Shown piece by piece: positions 29,926-32,000 of a stretch of DNA of 32,000 bases. The notes below the pieces were generated by a model, which saw nothing but the letters and a program-made list of their open reading frames with translations, was not told the DNA's origin and did not search any database. This DNA is from Mycobacterium tuberculosis H37Rv (GTDB lineage Bacteria; Actinomycetota; Actinomycetes; Mycobacteriales; Mycobacteriaceae), in NCBI RefSeq assembly GCF_000195955.2, contig NC_000962.3, positions 3,360,001 through 3,392,000 of the forward strand, read 5' to 3'. The translations under genes and the position numbers were made by a program. Position 1 is the first letter of the stretch. Every line of letters begins with the position of its first letter.

Positions 29926-31502
29926 ACACGTCCGCAAGCCCGGTGCCCGGCCTGTTCACGCTTGTTCTGCACACTCACCTGCCCTGGCTGGCCCACCACG
30001 GGCGCTGGCCGGTCGGCGAGGAATGGCTCTATCAGTCGTGGGCGGCGGCCTACCTGCCGCTGCTGCAGGTGCTGGCCGCGCTGGCCGACGAGAACCGGCA
30101 CCGGTTGATCACCCTCGGGATGACGCCGGTGGTCAACGCCCAGCTCGACGACCCATACTGCCTCAACGGTGTGCATCACTGGCTAGCCAACTGGCAGCTG
30201 CGCGCCGAAGAGGCCGCCAGCGTGCGGTATGCCCGTCAGTCGAAGTCGGCTGACTATCCGTCATGCACACCGGAGGCGTTGCGGGCCTTTGGGATTCGCG
30301 AATGTGCCGATGCAGCTCGCGCGCTCGACAACTTCGCCACGCGGTGGCGGCACGGCGGCAGCCCACTGCTGCGCGGCCTGATCGACGCCGGCACGGTGGA
30401 GCTGCTCGGTGGCCCACTTGCCCACCCGTTCCAGCCGCTGCTGGCACCGCGGCTGCGCGAGTTCGCGCTGCGCGAAGGCCTCGCCGATGCTCAGCTGCGG
30501 CTGGCGCACCGCCCGAAAGGGATCTGGGCACCCGAATGCGCATACGCCCCGGGGATGGAGGTCGACTACGCCACCGCGGGGGTCAGTCACTTCATGGTCG
30601 ACGGCCCGTCGCTGCACGGCGACACCGCGCTGGGCCGGCCGGTGGGGAAAACCGATGTGGTCGCCTTCGGTCGCGACTTGCAGGTCAGCTACCGGGTGTG
30701 GTCACCGAAATCCGGCTACCCCGGGCACGCCGCCTACCGCGACTTCCACACCTACGACCACCTGACCGGACTCAAACCGGCCAGGGTCACCGGGCGTAAC
30801 GTGCCGTCGGAGCAAAAGGCACCCTACGATCCCGAGCGCGCTGACCGCGCCGTCGACGTCCATGTTGCCGATTTCGTCGACGTGGTGCGCAATCGGCTGC
30901 TCTCCGAGTCCGAGCGCATCGGCCGGCCCGCCCACGTGATCGCCGCCTTCGACACCGAGTTGTTCGGCCACTGGTGGTACGAGGGCCCAACCTGGCTGCA
31001 ACGGGTATTGCGGGCTTTACCCGCCGCCGGTGTCCGGGTGGGCACCCTGAGCGATGCGATCGCCGACGGATTCGTCGGCGACCCGGTCGAATTGCCACCC
31101 AGCTCTTGGGGTTCCGGCAAGGACTGGCAGGTGTGGAGCGGTGCCAAGGTGGCCGATCTGGTCCAGCTCAACAGCGAAGTGGTCGATACCGCGTTGACCA
31201 CCATCGACAAGGCGCTGGCCCAGACAGCGTCCCTGGACGGACCGCTGCCTCGCGATCACGTTGCTGATCAGATCCTGCGCGAGACCCTGCTCACCGTGTC
31301 CAGCGACTGGCCGTTCATGGTGAGCAAGGACTCCGCCGCCGACTACGCCCGCTATCGTGCTCACCTGCACGCACACGCCACCCGGGAGATCGCCGGCGCG
31401 CTGGCCGCGGGCCGACGCGACACCGCACGGCGGCTCGCCGAAGGGTGGAACCGCGCCGACGGTCTGTTCGGCGCCCTGGACGCTCGGAGGCTGCCCAAGT
31501 GA
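29922..31502 (+). CDS. GH57 family glucanotransferase / alpha-1,4-glucan branching enzyme-like
   Basis: FTLVLHTHLPWLAHHGRWPVGEEWLYQSWAAAYLPLLQVL... (GH57 N-terminus), GIWAPECAYAPG, FDTELFGHWWYEGPTWL; 526 aa. Confidence 0.9.
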   Translation: MNTSASPVPGLFTLVLHTHLPWLAHHGRWPVGEEWLYQSWAAAYLPLLQVLAALADENRHRLITLGMTPVVNAQLDDPYCLNGVHHWLANWQLRAEEAASVRYARQSKSADYPSCTPEALRAFGIRECADAARALDNFATRWRHGGSPLLRGLIDAGTVELLGGPLAHPFQPLLAPRLREFALREGLADAQLRLAHRPKGIWAPECAYAPGMEVDYATAGVSHFMVDGPSLHGDTALGRPVGKTDVVAFGRDLQVSYRVWSPKSGYPGHAAYRDFHTYDHLTGLKPARVTGRNVPSEQKAPYDPERADRAVDVHVADFVDVVRNRLLSESERIGRPAHVIAAFDTELFGHWWYEGPTWLQRVLRALPAAGVRVGTLSDAIADGFVGDPVELPPSSWGSGKDWQVWSGAKVADLVQLNSEVVDTALTTIDKALAQTASLDGPLPRDHVADQILRETLLTVSSDWPFMVSKDSAADYARYRAHLHAHATREIAGALAAGRRDTARRLAEGWNRADGLFGALDARRLPK

Positions 31503-31533
31503 ACGCCTCGCACAGGCGGAACCGGCCGCGCGC

Positions 31534-32000
31534 ATGAGGATCCTCATGGTGTCGTGGGAGTACCCGCCGGTGGTGATCGGCGGACTCGGCCGCCACGTGC
31601 ATCATCTGTCGACCGCGCTAGCCGCAGCCGGTCACGATGTCGTCGTGTTGTCCCGGTGTCCGTCGGGCACCGATCCCAGCACACACCCATCCTCCGATGA
31701 GGTGACCGAAGGGGTCCGGGTGATTGCGGCCGCGCAGGACCCGCACGAGTTCACGTTTGGCAACGACATGATGGCCTGGACCCTGGCGATGGGCCACGCC
31801 ATGATCCGCGCCGGGCTGCGCTTGAAGAAACTTGGCACCGACCGCTCGTGGCGTCCTGACGTCGTGCACGCACACGACTGGCTGGTGGCCCATCCGGCCA
31901 TCGCCCTTGCCCAGTTCTATGACGTGCCAATGGTTTCCACGATTCATGCAACGGAGGCCGGTCGACATTCCGGCTGGGTCTCCGGAGCTCTCAGCCGTCA
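31534..32000 (+). CDS. GT4-family glycosyltransferase, N-terminal part (runs off the window end)
   Basis: MRILMVSWEYPPVVIGGLGRHVHHLSTALAAAGHDVVVLSRCPSG...PDVVHAHDWLVAHPAIALAQFYDVPMVSTIHATEAGRHSGW. An in-frame GTG at 31501 is an alternative start. Confidence 0.93.
   Translation, partial: MRILMVSWEYPPVVIGGLGRHVHHLSTALAAAGHDVVVLSRCPSGTDPSTHPSSDEVTEGVRVIAAAQDPHEFTFGNDMMAWTLAMGHAMIRAGLRLKKLGTDRSWRPDVVHAHDWLVAHPAIALAQFYDVPMVSTIHATEAGRHSGWVSGALSR

Overview
This 32 kb window is ordinary high-GC mycobacterial chromosome. I recognise it from gene content and order as the M. tuberculosis-complex segment running from ilvC (Rv3001c) to the start of Rv3032. No database was searched. Gene order: the ilvB1-ilvN-ilvC operon (minus), cfp6, doxX-like, lppZ, a flavin-reductase-like protein, a hypothetical, gatB, pfkA, gatA, gatC, an ACT-domain protein, ligA, a MetE-like protein, lpqA, a duplicated ESX-3-like PE/PPE/esx block (esxQ, PPE46, PE27A, esxR, esxS, frameshifted PPE47/PPE48, PE29), a complete IS1081, mnmA/trmU, iscS, a PlsC-like and an OlsB-like acyltransferase pair, etfAB (fixB/fixA), and a methylglucose-lipopolysaccharide-type cluster (methyltransferase, GH57, GT4). 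I found no clear new multi-gene system. The signals most worth a second look are: (1) an attenuator-like leader upstream of ilvB1 with a tiny LVVI...V peptide, two hairpins and a U-tract; (2) a mosaic PPE pair with perfect-looking 431 bp and 620/621 bp identical flanks around a divergent ~290 bp central cassette, one copy carrying a 1-bp frameshift; (3) decay of the second ESX-3-like unit, in which EsxQ has no EsxG-like partner, has lost the WXG tryptophan, and has a frameshifted tail overprinted on a 14-bp perfect hairpin; (4) dispersed intergenic palindromes; (5) an intact IS1081 with no target-site duplication; (6) an OlsB/OlsA-like pair.
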